A DNA stretch of 60,617 bases, taken from IMG/VR virus record IMGVR_UViG_3300045988_140605, one strand, 5' to 3'. A program made the position numbers and the translations under genes. This DNA is from a virus. Position 1 is the first letter of the stretch. Each line of letters opens with the position of its first letter. The notes under the pieces are model-generated. The model saw only the letters and a list, made by a program, of their open reading frames with translations. It was not told the origin of the DNA and did no database searches. Of the stretch, positions 26,452-35,100 are shown piece by piece.

Positions 26452-26934
26452 TCAATCCTCCTCCAACCGCCGATCAATATACGCAGTTACAAACCGCGAA
26501 CTCGATTCCGGCCCATCTTTCTGCCAGACGGTTCTGAACAGTCTTTGCGCCGTAACGCCAAGCGACATGGGAATGCTGTACTTTTCTCGGGTCTTTCCGA
26601 TTGATACGGCATCGCACTTCTTTGAAAGATCGAAACCCTTCTCAATATCGCGAAACAGTCTGTCAGCATCCGTTGTTTTATATCCAACGCTGAAAAACTC
26701 GTCGGCGTGATCGGTTCCGGCCTTCAGGCACCATTCGGTGAACTTGTTCTGCTTGACCGTGAACCCTTTCGAGCTTTGGTAAACGCCGTCTACTATTTTA
26801 ACAGCTTCTTCAGCATTTGCAACCGCAGAATTAGTTACATGCCCAAGTTGTTCAGGCGTTCGGCGCACACCCCATTTCATTCCCTTCACGCCGTGATGAA
26901 TAAGAACGCCGCCCAAATAGCTTTCGTAAATCAT
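26452..26934 (-). CDS. HHGVKGMKWGVRR-motif protein with DUF6883-like C-terminal domain (candidate toxin)
   Basis: The C-terminus KFTEWCLK...DEFFSVGY...KYSIPMSL...FRTVWQKD...RFVTAYI fits the DUF6883 pattern. The N-terminal motif is shared with 28698-29063. Confidence 0.5.
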   Translation of the reverse strand: MIYESYLGGVLIHHGVKGMKWGVRRTPEQLGHVTNSAVANAEEAVKIVDGVYQSSKGFTVKQNKFTEWCLKAGTDHADEFFSVGYKTTDADRLFRDIEKGFDLSKKCDAVSIGKTREKYSIPMSLGVTAQRLFRTVWQKDGPESSSRFVTAYIDRRLEED

Positions 26935-26937
26935 GCT

Positions 26938-28683
26938 TTAGTCGAACGCCTCCCTGTTGATTTTGTATGCAACATAGGCGTCAAGCATAGCAGCCACAGC
27001 GTCGATTTTCTGTTCGTAGCGCTTCTTGAGCAGCTTGCGATTGCCGTTATTATCTTCAACGGCAATACAATTCCCCATTGCAAAAGTCATCAGCACCTCG
27101 TCGAAGATCAACATCCTTTCTTCAGACAGTTTCTTCAGCTCACCAAGCGGCACGGATTCTGTTCGCGCACCCTGAATAACTTTTTCAATGCCGAAAGGAC
27201 CGTTTTCAGATTCCCAACGCGCAACAAAATCCTTCGCATTGTAAGGGTCGTACCCAAAGCAGCGCACATCATATTCCATCTCGGTAATGTGCGCATCCAG
27301 ATCGTCATAGACCTGCATCATATCCAGCACGGTGCAGTCCATCACAACCAGGCTTCCTTCACGGATAAATTCCTCGTATTTGGAGTGCATGGCCGCAGGA
27401 AGTTTATCAAAGGTAAGCTGAGAAATGTAGTTTCGCGTCTTCACACCAAAGCTGCCGTCAGACAGCGGGAACAGAAAAGTGAACGCACAAAAGTCGTCGC
27501 CCTGAGAAAGATCGCCGCCCAAAGCGCATGGCATCTTCCAAAAATCGTGATGCCCCTCATGAACCTGAATCTCTTCATAAGAGAAGAAATACGTTTGGCC
27601 TTCCATAGGAAGCCCGAAACGCTTGGCAAGCGTATCATTGCGTTCATGAGGCGATTTTTCAATATTATCGACGTCGCGCTGATAGGTTTCATAGCTGACG
27701 GTCTTTCCGAGGTTTGGATTGGCCTTCAGCCACATTTCGGGTTTTCCGACTTCATCAATCGAATCGAGCTTATAATACCAGATGCTCACCCAAGGTTGAT
27801 CCAACTCCCCGCGCAGAATCTTCATCAGCTGCATCTTAATCGTATCGCCGATCGCATTGCGAACGGTGCCCTCGGAGCTGATGGCGACAATGAGATAGTC
27901 GTCAATTTTGGAAGATCCCTGTTCGATAGCGCCTACAACATTCTCTCGAACATCGCAGGAAAGCCATTCGTCGATGGTCGCAATCTTTGTTCGCATGGAT
28001 TGCAGTTTATCAATGGACATAGGAACGGTTTCGATCCGGCTGCCTGTCAGGAAATTCTCGATGCCCTTTTTGGTGCTGGCGAGCTTAACCCGATTGGCGC
28101 GGGAACCCGTGGTGTTCTGTAAACTGCCTTCGGTCAGGAACTTAAAAAGTGGCCCTCTGGCGCGGGTGATGGATGTACGAATAGGTGAAAGGGTTTCGTC
28201 AGCCTGGCGCATCGTGTAGGCCGTAGCGATCTGGTGGGTCGTACTGGTATCGATGTTGAGGAAGTAACTCTGAATGCAGCTGGCATACATCGTCTTTGCA
28301 GCGCCTCTGGCAATAATCAGATACTGTTTATTGCACAGGCGTTTCTTGACGAGTTTTCGTCTATACTGCATTCGTCCGTCTTCCATGGTGACGGGAACTT
28401 TTTGCTCAACAAAGTAATACCAGCCGAAGATATCTTCTGCCCAGAGCTTGAAACTGTCCAGCAGATGTAAATCAGATCCGTCCGTCAGCGTCAGCTCTTC
28501 CTCACAATAAGCGATAAAACCCTCGACTACTTTATCGTCGTAATAATACATGGGATCGGCGATCAGCGCGTCGATCCGATTCATCTGAAGCTCAATCTCC
28601 TGATTGATAGGGATAAGCCCCTGCACTACGGCATCTCGAAACATGCCGTAATATTTGGGGACGGCAGTATTCGATAACGCCAT
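26938..28683 (-). CDS. terL: Terminase large subunit
   Basis: The 581-aa protein has a Terminase_1-like N-terminus and an ATPase core around LIIARGAAKTMYAS. Confidence 0.85.
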   Translation of the reverse strand: MALSNTAVPKYYGMFRDAVVQGLIPINQEIELQMNRIDALIADPMYYYDDKVVEGFIAYCEEELTLTDGSDLHLLDSFKLWAEDIFGWYYFVEQKVPVTMEDGRMQYRRKLVKKRLCNKQYLIIARGAAKTMYASCIQSYFLNIDTSTTHQIATAYTMRQADETLSPIRTSITRARGPLFKFLTEGSLQNTTGSRANRVKLASTKKGIENFLTGSRIETVPMSIDKLQSMRTKIATIDEWLSCDVRENVVGAIEQGSSKIDDYLIVAISSEGTVRNAIGDTIKMQLMKILRGELDQPWVSIWYYKLDSIDEVGKPEMWLKANPNLGKTVSYETYQRDVDNIEKSPHERNDTLAKRFGLPMEGQTYFFSYEEIQVHEGHHDFWKMPCALGGDLSQGDDFCAFTFLFPLSDGSFGVKTRNYISQLTFDKLPAAMHSKYEEFIREGSLVVMDCTVLDMMQVYDDLDAHITEMEYDVRCFGYDPYNAKDFVARWESENGPFGIEKVIQGARTESVPLGELKKLSEERMLIFDEVLMTFAMGNCIAVEDNNGNRKLLKKRYEQKIDAVAAMLDAYVAYKINREAFD

Positions 28684-28697
28684 GAATCACCGCTCCT

Positions 28698-29063
28698 TTA
28701 GGTTTTGTTAAACCAGCCAGAAATGGTATTCCAGTTATTTCGGAGGGTAATTGCAGTGGAAGAGACAGCCGCGACAGTACCTGCAACCTTGATAGAGGTA
28801 TTCAGAATCTGCCTGCCCCGCGCAACGCGGGTCGGGTTCAGCTTGGAATACTGCTGCTCCATGTTCAAGCGGTTCAGACGGCTGCGAAGCTCAGCATCGC
28901 TCATCCTCTTTACACTCTTAGAATCATGAGCTTTCTTGTAATCTTCATGGGAATCATCCGTCTTGGTCTGCTTGCTCTTGGGGCTTTGACCAAGCTGCTC
29001 GGGCGTATGGCGAACGCCCCATTTCATTCCCTTTATGCCATGATGCCAAATCTCTTCGGCCAT
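28698..29063 (-). CDS. HHGIKGMKWGVRH-motif protein (function unknown)
   Basis: ATG 29063 follows AAAGGAGAGA. The sequence is MAEEIWHHGIKGMKWGVRHTPEQLGQ...MSDAELRSRLNRLNMEQQY, with a hydrophobic C-terminus. Confidence 0.55.
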   Translation of the reverse strand: MAEEIWHHGIKGMKWGVRHTPEQLGQSPKSKQTKTDDSHEDYKKAHDSKSVKRMSDAELRSRLNRLNMEQQYSKLNPTRVARGRQILNTSIKVAGTVAAVSSTAITLRNNWNTISGWFNKT

Positions 29064-29090
29064 AGTAGGTCTCTCCTTTCTTCCAAACAT

Positions 29091-29123
29091 AAAAAGACCG
29101 ACCTGCCAAATGACAAGTCGGTT
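29091..29123 (-). terminator. Rho-independent terminator after the secreted-protein gene
   Basis: The minus strand reads ACCGACTTG-TCATTTGG-CAGGTCGGT (9 bp including one G-U pair), then CTTTTTAT. Confidence 0.5.
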
Positions 29124-29141
29124 CAAGTCTATAAATTGTGT

Positions 29142-29567
29142 TTACGGAGCCCAGTCCGCCTCAGAAACCATTTTGACGGAAACGGCGCCCTGGTCAATGA
29201 CGAGCACCATGCCATCTTCGAGCGTTAGCTGCAAAGTCTCCCCAACAGCAAGCAGCGTCTCATGTTGACCGCCGTCATGCGCTTCCTTGTGCGTCATGTC
29301 CTCATAGAGGTGACACATAAAGTAAGTCTTGGTAGTCATGGTCAACAGATAGCGTCCAGCCTTAATGTCCTTACCAACGACATAGATTCCCTGGTAAAGA
29401 CCGTTCGCATCAAGTTCGCAATCAAACTTTTCCTGAATGGCGCTGTCCAACTCCGCGTGGAGCTTGAGCAAGGTTGCAAGATCCATGCTGCTTAAATCAA
29501 CCTCTTCGGCCAAAGCCGGAACGGACAAGCAGAGCAGGGCGAGCACGAGAGCAATGAATTTCTTCAT
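29142..29567 (-). CDS. Secreted protein with signal peptide (moron cargo)
   Basis: MKKFIALVLALLCLSVPALA|EE is a signal peptide. The RBS is AGGAGGAAA. The gene has its own flanking promoter-like and terminator elements. Confidence 0.6.
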   Translation of the reverse strand: MKKFIALVLALLCLSVPALAEEVDLSSMDLATLLKLHAELDSAIQEKFDCELDANGLYQGIYVVGKDIKAGRYLLTMTTKTYFMCHLYEDMTHKEAHDGGQHETLLAVGETLQLTLEDGMVLVIDQGAVSVKMVSEADWAP

Positions 29568-29571
29568 GGAA

Positions 29572-29781
29572 TCATTTCCTCCTAAAGATTGTTTTTAGTA
29601 GAAACCCAAGTATTCGAAAGGGTAGTGTTACCAACCACCATACAGCTCGAAAAGGAAAGATAAGCAGCTTCACAAACAGATAGTCTGAATAGCTATCATA
29701 TGTCCGCGAAGTTCTGAAGATCTTTCCACTTCTTGACCGATGCGTATGCGTCACACGAACCCCCACCGCCAATACCTCCAC
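29572..29781 (-). CDS. Possible small membrane protein
   Basis: It has a GTG start, no clear RBS and a hydrophobic C-terminus (LLIFPFRAVWWLVTLPFRILGFLL). Confidence 0.25.
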   Translation of the reverse strand: MEVLAVGVRVTHTHRSRSGKIFRTSRTYDSYSDYLFVKLLIFPFRAVWWLVTLPFRILGFLLKTIFRRK

Positions 29782-29810
29782 TTTAACAATCTACGGGTAT
29801 ATCTTTGTGT

Positions 29811-29840
29811 ATTATAACATATACCCCCCCCCGCAAATTA
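29811..29840 (-). promoter_or_regulatory. Extended -10 promoter candidate (TGTTATAAT) abutting a 9-nt homopolymer tract
   Basis: The minus strand has TATAAT at 29816-29811, preceded by TGT. G9 (plus-strand C9, 29824-29832) lies in the spacer, and TTGCGG is a possible -35. Confidence 0.35.
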
Positions 29841-29869
29841 AATTTGTGTTACGAATTATTACAGTATCG

Positions 29870-30220
29870 TTAATTCTTAGACTCGTCTCTCTCAGCGGCT
29901 ACATTGATACGCCATTCATACTGGCTGGCCTGCCGTTCCATCGCCTCCAATACTGCACCCGCAGTCGGAGGATCAAAGATGAGCTTGACCTTGAGATAGA
30001 CATAGGTAGGAACAAGATTGAGGAGCTTATCGCCACTGATAAAATCGCTCCACTTAGCAGTCTTATCCTGAATCATGAACCCCTCAGCCGGGCCAACGCC
30101 AAGTTCGGTCAGCGTAGCCAGAACGGAGTTGACGTGCATGATAATCTCAGGATCGAAATGCTCATAGTCCTCTTCGGGACCGAGCGCCTTCTTTACAGAA
30201 GTGAGGATACTGTCATCCAT
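29870..30220 (-). CDS. gp6-like head-tail connector / DNA-packaging family protein
   Basis: ATG is at 30220. MDDSILTSVKKALGPEEDYEHFDPEIIMHVNSVLATLTELG resembles Phage_connect_1. Confidence 0.45.
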   Translation of the reverse strand: MDDSILTSVKKALGPEEDYEHFDPEIIMHVNSVLATLTELGVGPAEGFMIQDKTAKWSDFISGDKLLNLVPTYVYLKVKLIFDPPTAGAVLEAMERQASQYEWRINVAAERDESKN

Positions 30221-30222
30221 GT

Positions 30223-30774
30223 CTAATCCTTTCTGCGATACGCCGCAAGAGCGCGCTGGTAGTCCTCGGTATCGGCATAACCGCAAGAATGAAATTCCGG
30301 ACAGAAACCACGATAGATACACTCCGGCACCATCACGGAACTGAGCACCGGATCGACCTGCGCAATCCGCTCTTTGACCTCCTGCCAGGCTGCCCGAGTC
30401 TCAGGAGATGCCTGACTGCAAAGACGCCGGCGGCTGATAAAGATCAGCGCTTGAGCATTGGCTTCGCACTCATGCTGAACCGGAGTGTCCTGCGAACTCT
30501 TGTCACGGTTCACGCCGGTTCGATCGGAACGCTGAGTAGACACCCAATGCTCAATACCGAATTTATGGCGAACGAAATGAACCGATACCCAGCTCTTCAA
30601 ATTTTCCCAGCGCCAGGAGAATCGGATTCTCCGAATCGGACTGTGCTCGGCAAGGAGGATCGTCTTCTTCCAACCCGTAGTCGGATAAGAGCCGCTCCCA
30701 TCTTTGCTGATGGTTGTCCGCGCAGAACGTTTTACATTCGCCCAGTTATCAATGTATTCGACCCACTTAATCAT
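30223..30774 (-). CDS. Divergent ThyX-like (flavin-dependent thymidylate synthase family) protein
   Basis: AEHSPIRRIRFSW...VHFVRHKFGIEHWVSTQRSDR and NAQALIFISRRRLC parallel the ThyX core, but the RHR triad is degenerate. ATG 30774 follows AGGAGG and overlaps the HNH stop. Confidence 0.4.
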   Translation of the reverse strand: MIKWVEYIDNWANVKRSARTTISKDGSGSYPTTGWKKTILLAEHSPIRRIRFSWRWENLKSWVSVHFVRHKFGIEHWVSTQRSDRTGVNRDKSSQDTPVQHECEANAQALIFISRRRLCSQASPETRAAWQEVKERIAQVDPVLSSVMVPECIYRGFCPEFHSCGYADTEDYQRALAAYRRKD

Positions 30775-31229
30775 CACATCCTCCTTTCCGAATGCTTCCA
30801 TGGGCATGTATCAAAAGGTGTCCTCTCTACCGGTTCCATCACCAATAAAGATGAATCGCCATAGTGGATAGCGTTATGCGTATTATGCGTCGTGCAGATC
30901 AGAAACTCAGGATTGGTCAGATATTCGGTCGCCTCTCTGATGTCGCGAACTTCAATCGGATTCATGTGGTGGATGTAAATTCTCCCATGAATATCGTATC
31001 CATCGCAAGCCAGATCACGGCCGAGATCTCTGGTAATCACATGATCCTTGATTTCTCCCCACTCACCGGAGTGGTAGAATTTCTGATTCAAATAACGCTC
31101 AAATCCAAACGTCTCCTTGCCCACCTGTCCATTCAGTTGCAGGTACTTGAAGCGATTCAAAAATGTGGGAAGCGTAATCAGCTCCGAATATGTTCTAATA
31201 CTCATCAACAAATTCATCCTCATCATCAT
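30774..31229 (-). CDS. HNH endonuclease (packaging-associated)
   Basis: The HNH motif is IYIHHMNPI...HNTHNAIH. The gene lies next to the terminase genes. The start is ambiguous (31229 to 31205). Confidence 0.7.
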   Translation of the reverse strand: MMMRMNLLMSIRTYSELITLPTFLNRFKYLQLNGQVGKETFGFERYLNQKFYHSGEWGEIKDHVITRDLGRDLACDGYDIHGRIYIHHMNPIEVRDIREATEYLTNPEFLICTTHNTHNAIHYGDSSLLVMEPVERTPFDTCPWKHSERRM

Positions 31230-31548
31230 GACCGCTATACCGCTGCATCGCCTTAAGTGCGTTAGAATATAGCTCTTCGATTCTCGCCTGAGACTGAATC
31301 TGTTGACGCTTTGCTTCCTTGAGCTCTAACTCCTTCTCAGCGAGCCTTCTCTCAACTTGCTCTTTAGCAGTCGCAAGCCTGAGAAAATGCGTAGTCTCCT
31401 GAGAAGATGCGGTGCCGTCACGCAGCCGCTGCTCCACAAGATCCATTGCAAGGGAAATCATCTGCCCCTCGCGTGCCTCAGGAGTCAGGGCCGGACGCAT
31501 CTTTGGCAGATCCACGGAAGATTCTGCCACTTTTTGTCGTCTTCCCAT
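31195..31548 (-). CDS. Terminase small subunit-like protein
   Basis: ATG 31548 follows GGAGGG. The sequence PALTPEAREGQMISLAMDLVEQRLRDGTASSQETTHFLRL is followed by a coiled coil. It is the first gene of the packaging block. Confidence 0.35.
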   Translation of the reverse strand: MGRRQKVAESSVDLPKMRPALTPEAREGQMISLAMDLVEQRLRDGTASSQETTHFLRLATAKEQVERRLAEKELELKEAKRQQIQSQARIEELYSNALKAMQRYSGHDDEDEFVDEY

Positions 31549-31573
31549 GACATAACCCTCCGTTTCAAAGACT

Positions 31574-31710
31574 ATTGCGGTGCTAAAAAGAACATACGAG
31601 GATGGTTCACCCATTGTCGAAAGGAGAAAAATGAAGGAAACCCAAAGAACAGATGGAGGACTGCCATGAAGAAGCTCCCAAACCCCGTATGTTCGTTTTA
31701 GCACCGCAAT
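31574..31710. repeat. 25-nt inverted repeat (24/25) enclosing 87 nt, in the leader of the packaging operon
   Basis: attgcggtgctaaaaagaacatacg (31574-31598) is the reverse complement, apart from one mismatch, of cgtatgttcgttttagcaccgcaat (31686-31710). Confidence 0.85.
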
Positions 31711-31823
31711 AACAACCAGCCACAGAAGGCAAAACACCCCCAAAAAACTTCCACCGGAGAAAAATCAAGGAGCTCGTCGATGCAGGGAGGGGATGTGTTT
31801 TTGAGACCCCCTCCCTATGTCTT

Positions 31824-32093
31824 TTAGTTTGCGGTTGCCGTCTGCTTTCGGTTGTTTTTATATATTTTTCTGTAGATGTTCATGAAATCATACTTAATGA
31901 TCTCATCAATCGCTGCCTCGATGGCCCTACTGTACTCCTCATCTGAAAATTCGTCGCTGGTCTTCGCGATTCGACCCAGGTAGTCACATGTGTTATACCC
32001 TTTTTCGGTGTCGAAGTGGAACCAGTTATCGAACTGAGTGAACGGATTGTAGGGATTATCGAAGGTTGTCAGCATGCAAGCCTCGTTTGCCAT
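31824..32093 (-). CDS. Conserved small phage protein
   Basis: ATG 32093 follows AAAGGAG. The sequence is FDNPYNPFTQFDNWFHFDTEKGYNTCDYLGRIA. Confidence 0.5.
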   Translation of the reverse strand: MANEACMLTTFDNPYNPFTQFDNWFHFDTEKGYNTCDYLGRIAKTSDEFSDEEYSRAIEAAIDEIIKYDFMNIYRKIYKNNRKQTATAN

Positions 32094-32107
32094 GTCGTCC
32101 ACTCCTT

Positions 32108-35100
32108 TCAATTACTATATTTCGACACTGTCGAAGCTGAAATTCCAAGCGCGCTCGCGATTTCGGAGTTCGTATAGCCAGAAGCGCGCATCGCTTTGAT
32201 TCTCGCCTGCTTTCCGCTCGAAAGCGTAGTCGTTGCACGCGGCGTTGCGTAAGACCGCACCTGATCGATGTCCGCAAACCGCAGAATCTGCGATAGGGTG
32301 GACTCAGAAAACGCTCCAGCCTGGATAGCCTGCCAACCGCGTTCCGTAATTTCGATTGGATGCCGCTGTGCTCCGTATCGAGTACGCGCACGGCTCAGCG
32401 CAAGCTGCCCCTGCTTCTTGACTTCTTTCTGTGTCATGTCGGGGTTGGCCCGCTTCATGGCCTTCACTTCGCTGTTGGCCGCCAGCTGGGCCTGCCGCTC
32501 GCGAGGAGCGTTCTTCAAGGCAATGTTCAGCTGATGCATCATGCGATCGACTTCATCGCGATATGTTTCCTTGGCCGTCGCGCTGTACTTAATCCGCCCA
32601 GCAGTCACCATTTCCTTGCGGGCCTGGTTCGCTAAAGCCTTCATACGGTTCGCATAGGTGGCGTATGCTTCCTCCTGGGGGGTCCCAGAGGATAGCTTCT
32701 GGGCGTCCTTCACCTCTGCCATTTGGGTCGAGTCCTGCGTCCGCAGTTTCTTCTTCCCATGCTTGTCGGTGTATTCTTCCCGGACCTCCTTATACTGAAG
32801 CTCCCCGGTACGGGGATCAATTTTCGGCGAACCCTTGCGCTTCAACACAGCTTCCGGCGATTTGGCGCGGCTGATTAACGTGGATGCCCCGTAATGGATC
32901 TCTCCATCCTCATCGGGGTGGGCCTGATACTTCTTTTTCAGGGCAGGGATTCCGTTGTCAATCTCGCTCGCCTTCCAGTCCAGCTTGTGCTTCTCCGCAT
33001 CAATGACCACCATGGAGTGGCGCACAGCGCGGGCCAGTTCATCCTGACTGGCGCCTTTTAGCGTCATGTCCGTAATCAGGTTGGATACCTTGCCCATCTC
33101 CATCTGGGTAGCACTCTTTGTCATCCGCTTAAACTCATGGCCATCGCGATAGTAGTGTTCCTTGCCGTCGGCGTCGGTTTCCACTCTCGAATAGCCATAG
33201 CTCATCTTGGGGTCGAATCCTTCCAAACCTTTAAGCGGTGGTGTCGAAGTGATCTTCACCTTGCTTCCGCTCGAATTGCACGGAATGACCATCACCGTAT
33301 CGCCGTCAAAGTCAGCGCCCGACAGCCGAGCGGCGACGTTGGCATTGATGCCGATCGCGTCCTGCGCATCTGGTCCCAGAATCCTGCGTCCATCCGGCTG
33401 CTTGTTGTTCACCGTCAGAATCGGAATCTCAAAGGTTCCACCATGGGGATACCGAATCAGGGCAACTGTCTCGCCGTCGTGATAATTGGGGGCGTAAACT
33501 TCATCGTCCTTCATCGTTGCGATAGGCAGGATTACCTGATACTTTTGCCTCGGCAGGGCAGCGGCCTGCAAATGCACAGCCGCCGAATCGCAGTCATTGG
33601 CGAAGGTTTCCAGCAGCTGCTTCTTTACCGTGGGATTGGTAAGCGAACAAATCTCATCAAACTCGGCCTGCTTGTCCGCAGCGGCCAGGTTCAGCTGTTT
33701 GTTAATCAGCTGCATACTCTGCTTGCTCAGGAACTGGCTCGGCAACGCATCTGCCCATTCGCCCCAATCGCCTTCGGCTCTCGTTTTGTTGATGAGCCCC
33801 AGCTGTGCTACTCCGTTCTCATCCACATAGTGGTACTGGCCGCCTTCTTCCTTGATAAGCGCGCCGAATGGGTTGTTCGGATCATCGGTCTTGGCTTTCT
33901 TCAGCACATCCTGACCGGGCGTTTTGTTGGTATTAAATATCACGTCTACGCCGTCAGGCATGTCGTCGCTGTAGAAGGCCATTCCCTTTATGTACTTGTC
34001 TCCGTCCACCAGAATACGCACCTGCGCATAGTGGCTGTCGCCCAGATCCAGATCATCTACGCCTCTGCGAATCTCGATGGTGCCGTCTTTCTCGATGCCT
34101 GTGTGCCCATCAGGCGCAACGTCATCTCGATAGCGGATCATCAAACGGTCGGAATCCATAGAGGCCGGGTATTCAAACCCTTTCTCAAAGCGTTCCTCGC
34201 CGTTTTCGTCCACACGCATCTTGTAATCGGTGATGGTATGGACGTTCTCAAAGTCGTAAATATCCTTATGCTCGGTGCCGGGCGGGCAGAGAACCTTGAG
34301 ATTCGTCTGCTTGCCGGGATTTGTAACCTGCGGAACGCCTCCGCCATACACTGCATAGCCCTCATCCTGAAGAATTTGCAGCGCCTGATTGAGTTTTTCC
34401 CGGCTGATGCCAAGCTCCCGCTCCACACCAGTGCCAACATCGATCAGACCTTTTTCTTTGATCTGCTGACGCAGAAAATCGGCGGTATTCTGAGCGGCGT
34501 TGGTTCTCGCAGCACTGCGCTCGTTGAGCAGCGAACGCAAAGTTGACTCGTTGATGCCCATCTCCCGGGCAACCTCGGCCTGACTTTTCCCGTCAGCCAG
34601 CATCGAGCGGGCGCGGGCAATCTGGTCGCTCCTTCGCTGATTGATCGCATTGGAATAATGCGTTCTCAGCTGCGTTGTGTTCTCCAGTCCCACGGCCTTG
34701 GCAATTTCGGCTTCGCTCATGCCCTGCTTGCGCAGATCCTGAACACGGCTGATGAAATCCCCGCTGTGTTGGTAGGGATCCTCTCCGGAACCCCATGGGT
34801 AGCGCCCTGAACGCCGGGGCATGCCATAATGATACAACTCCGTCTTGGGATTGGTTTTTTCCCAAATATCCCGGTAGGCTCTGTGAAGCACTTCGCTGGC
34901 GCTGATCTGCCCATGGCGAAGTCCCTCAGAATACGCTACATCCCAAATTTCTCCGGGAACAAGCTCAATTTCGATGTCTTCCAGCTCGTCAAACACCTGC
35001 ATATGACGCAGTTCGTCATAAGTGTCTTCCGACATTTCACTGTTGATATAATCCCAATTCAGACTGCCGTCGCTGTGGAACATATCTTCCAGCACGCCCA

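Noticed and set aside
26707-28122. 471-aa plus-strand ORF
   Set aside because: It is antisense to TerL, which has clear terminase features on the minus strand.
31357-31701. Plus-strand mini-ORFs with apparent RBS inside the inverted-repeat loop
   Set aside because: They are 11-12 codons long, on the otherwise empty strand. This is most likely chance within a structured leader.
33137-34546. 469-aa plus-strand ORF
   Set aside because: It is antisense to the RNAP-like gene. It has no motifs or RBS.
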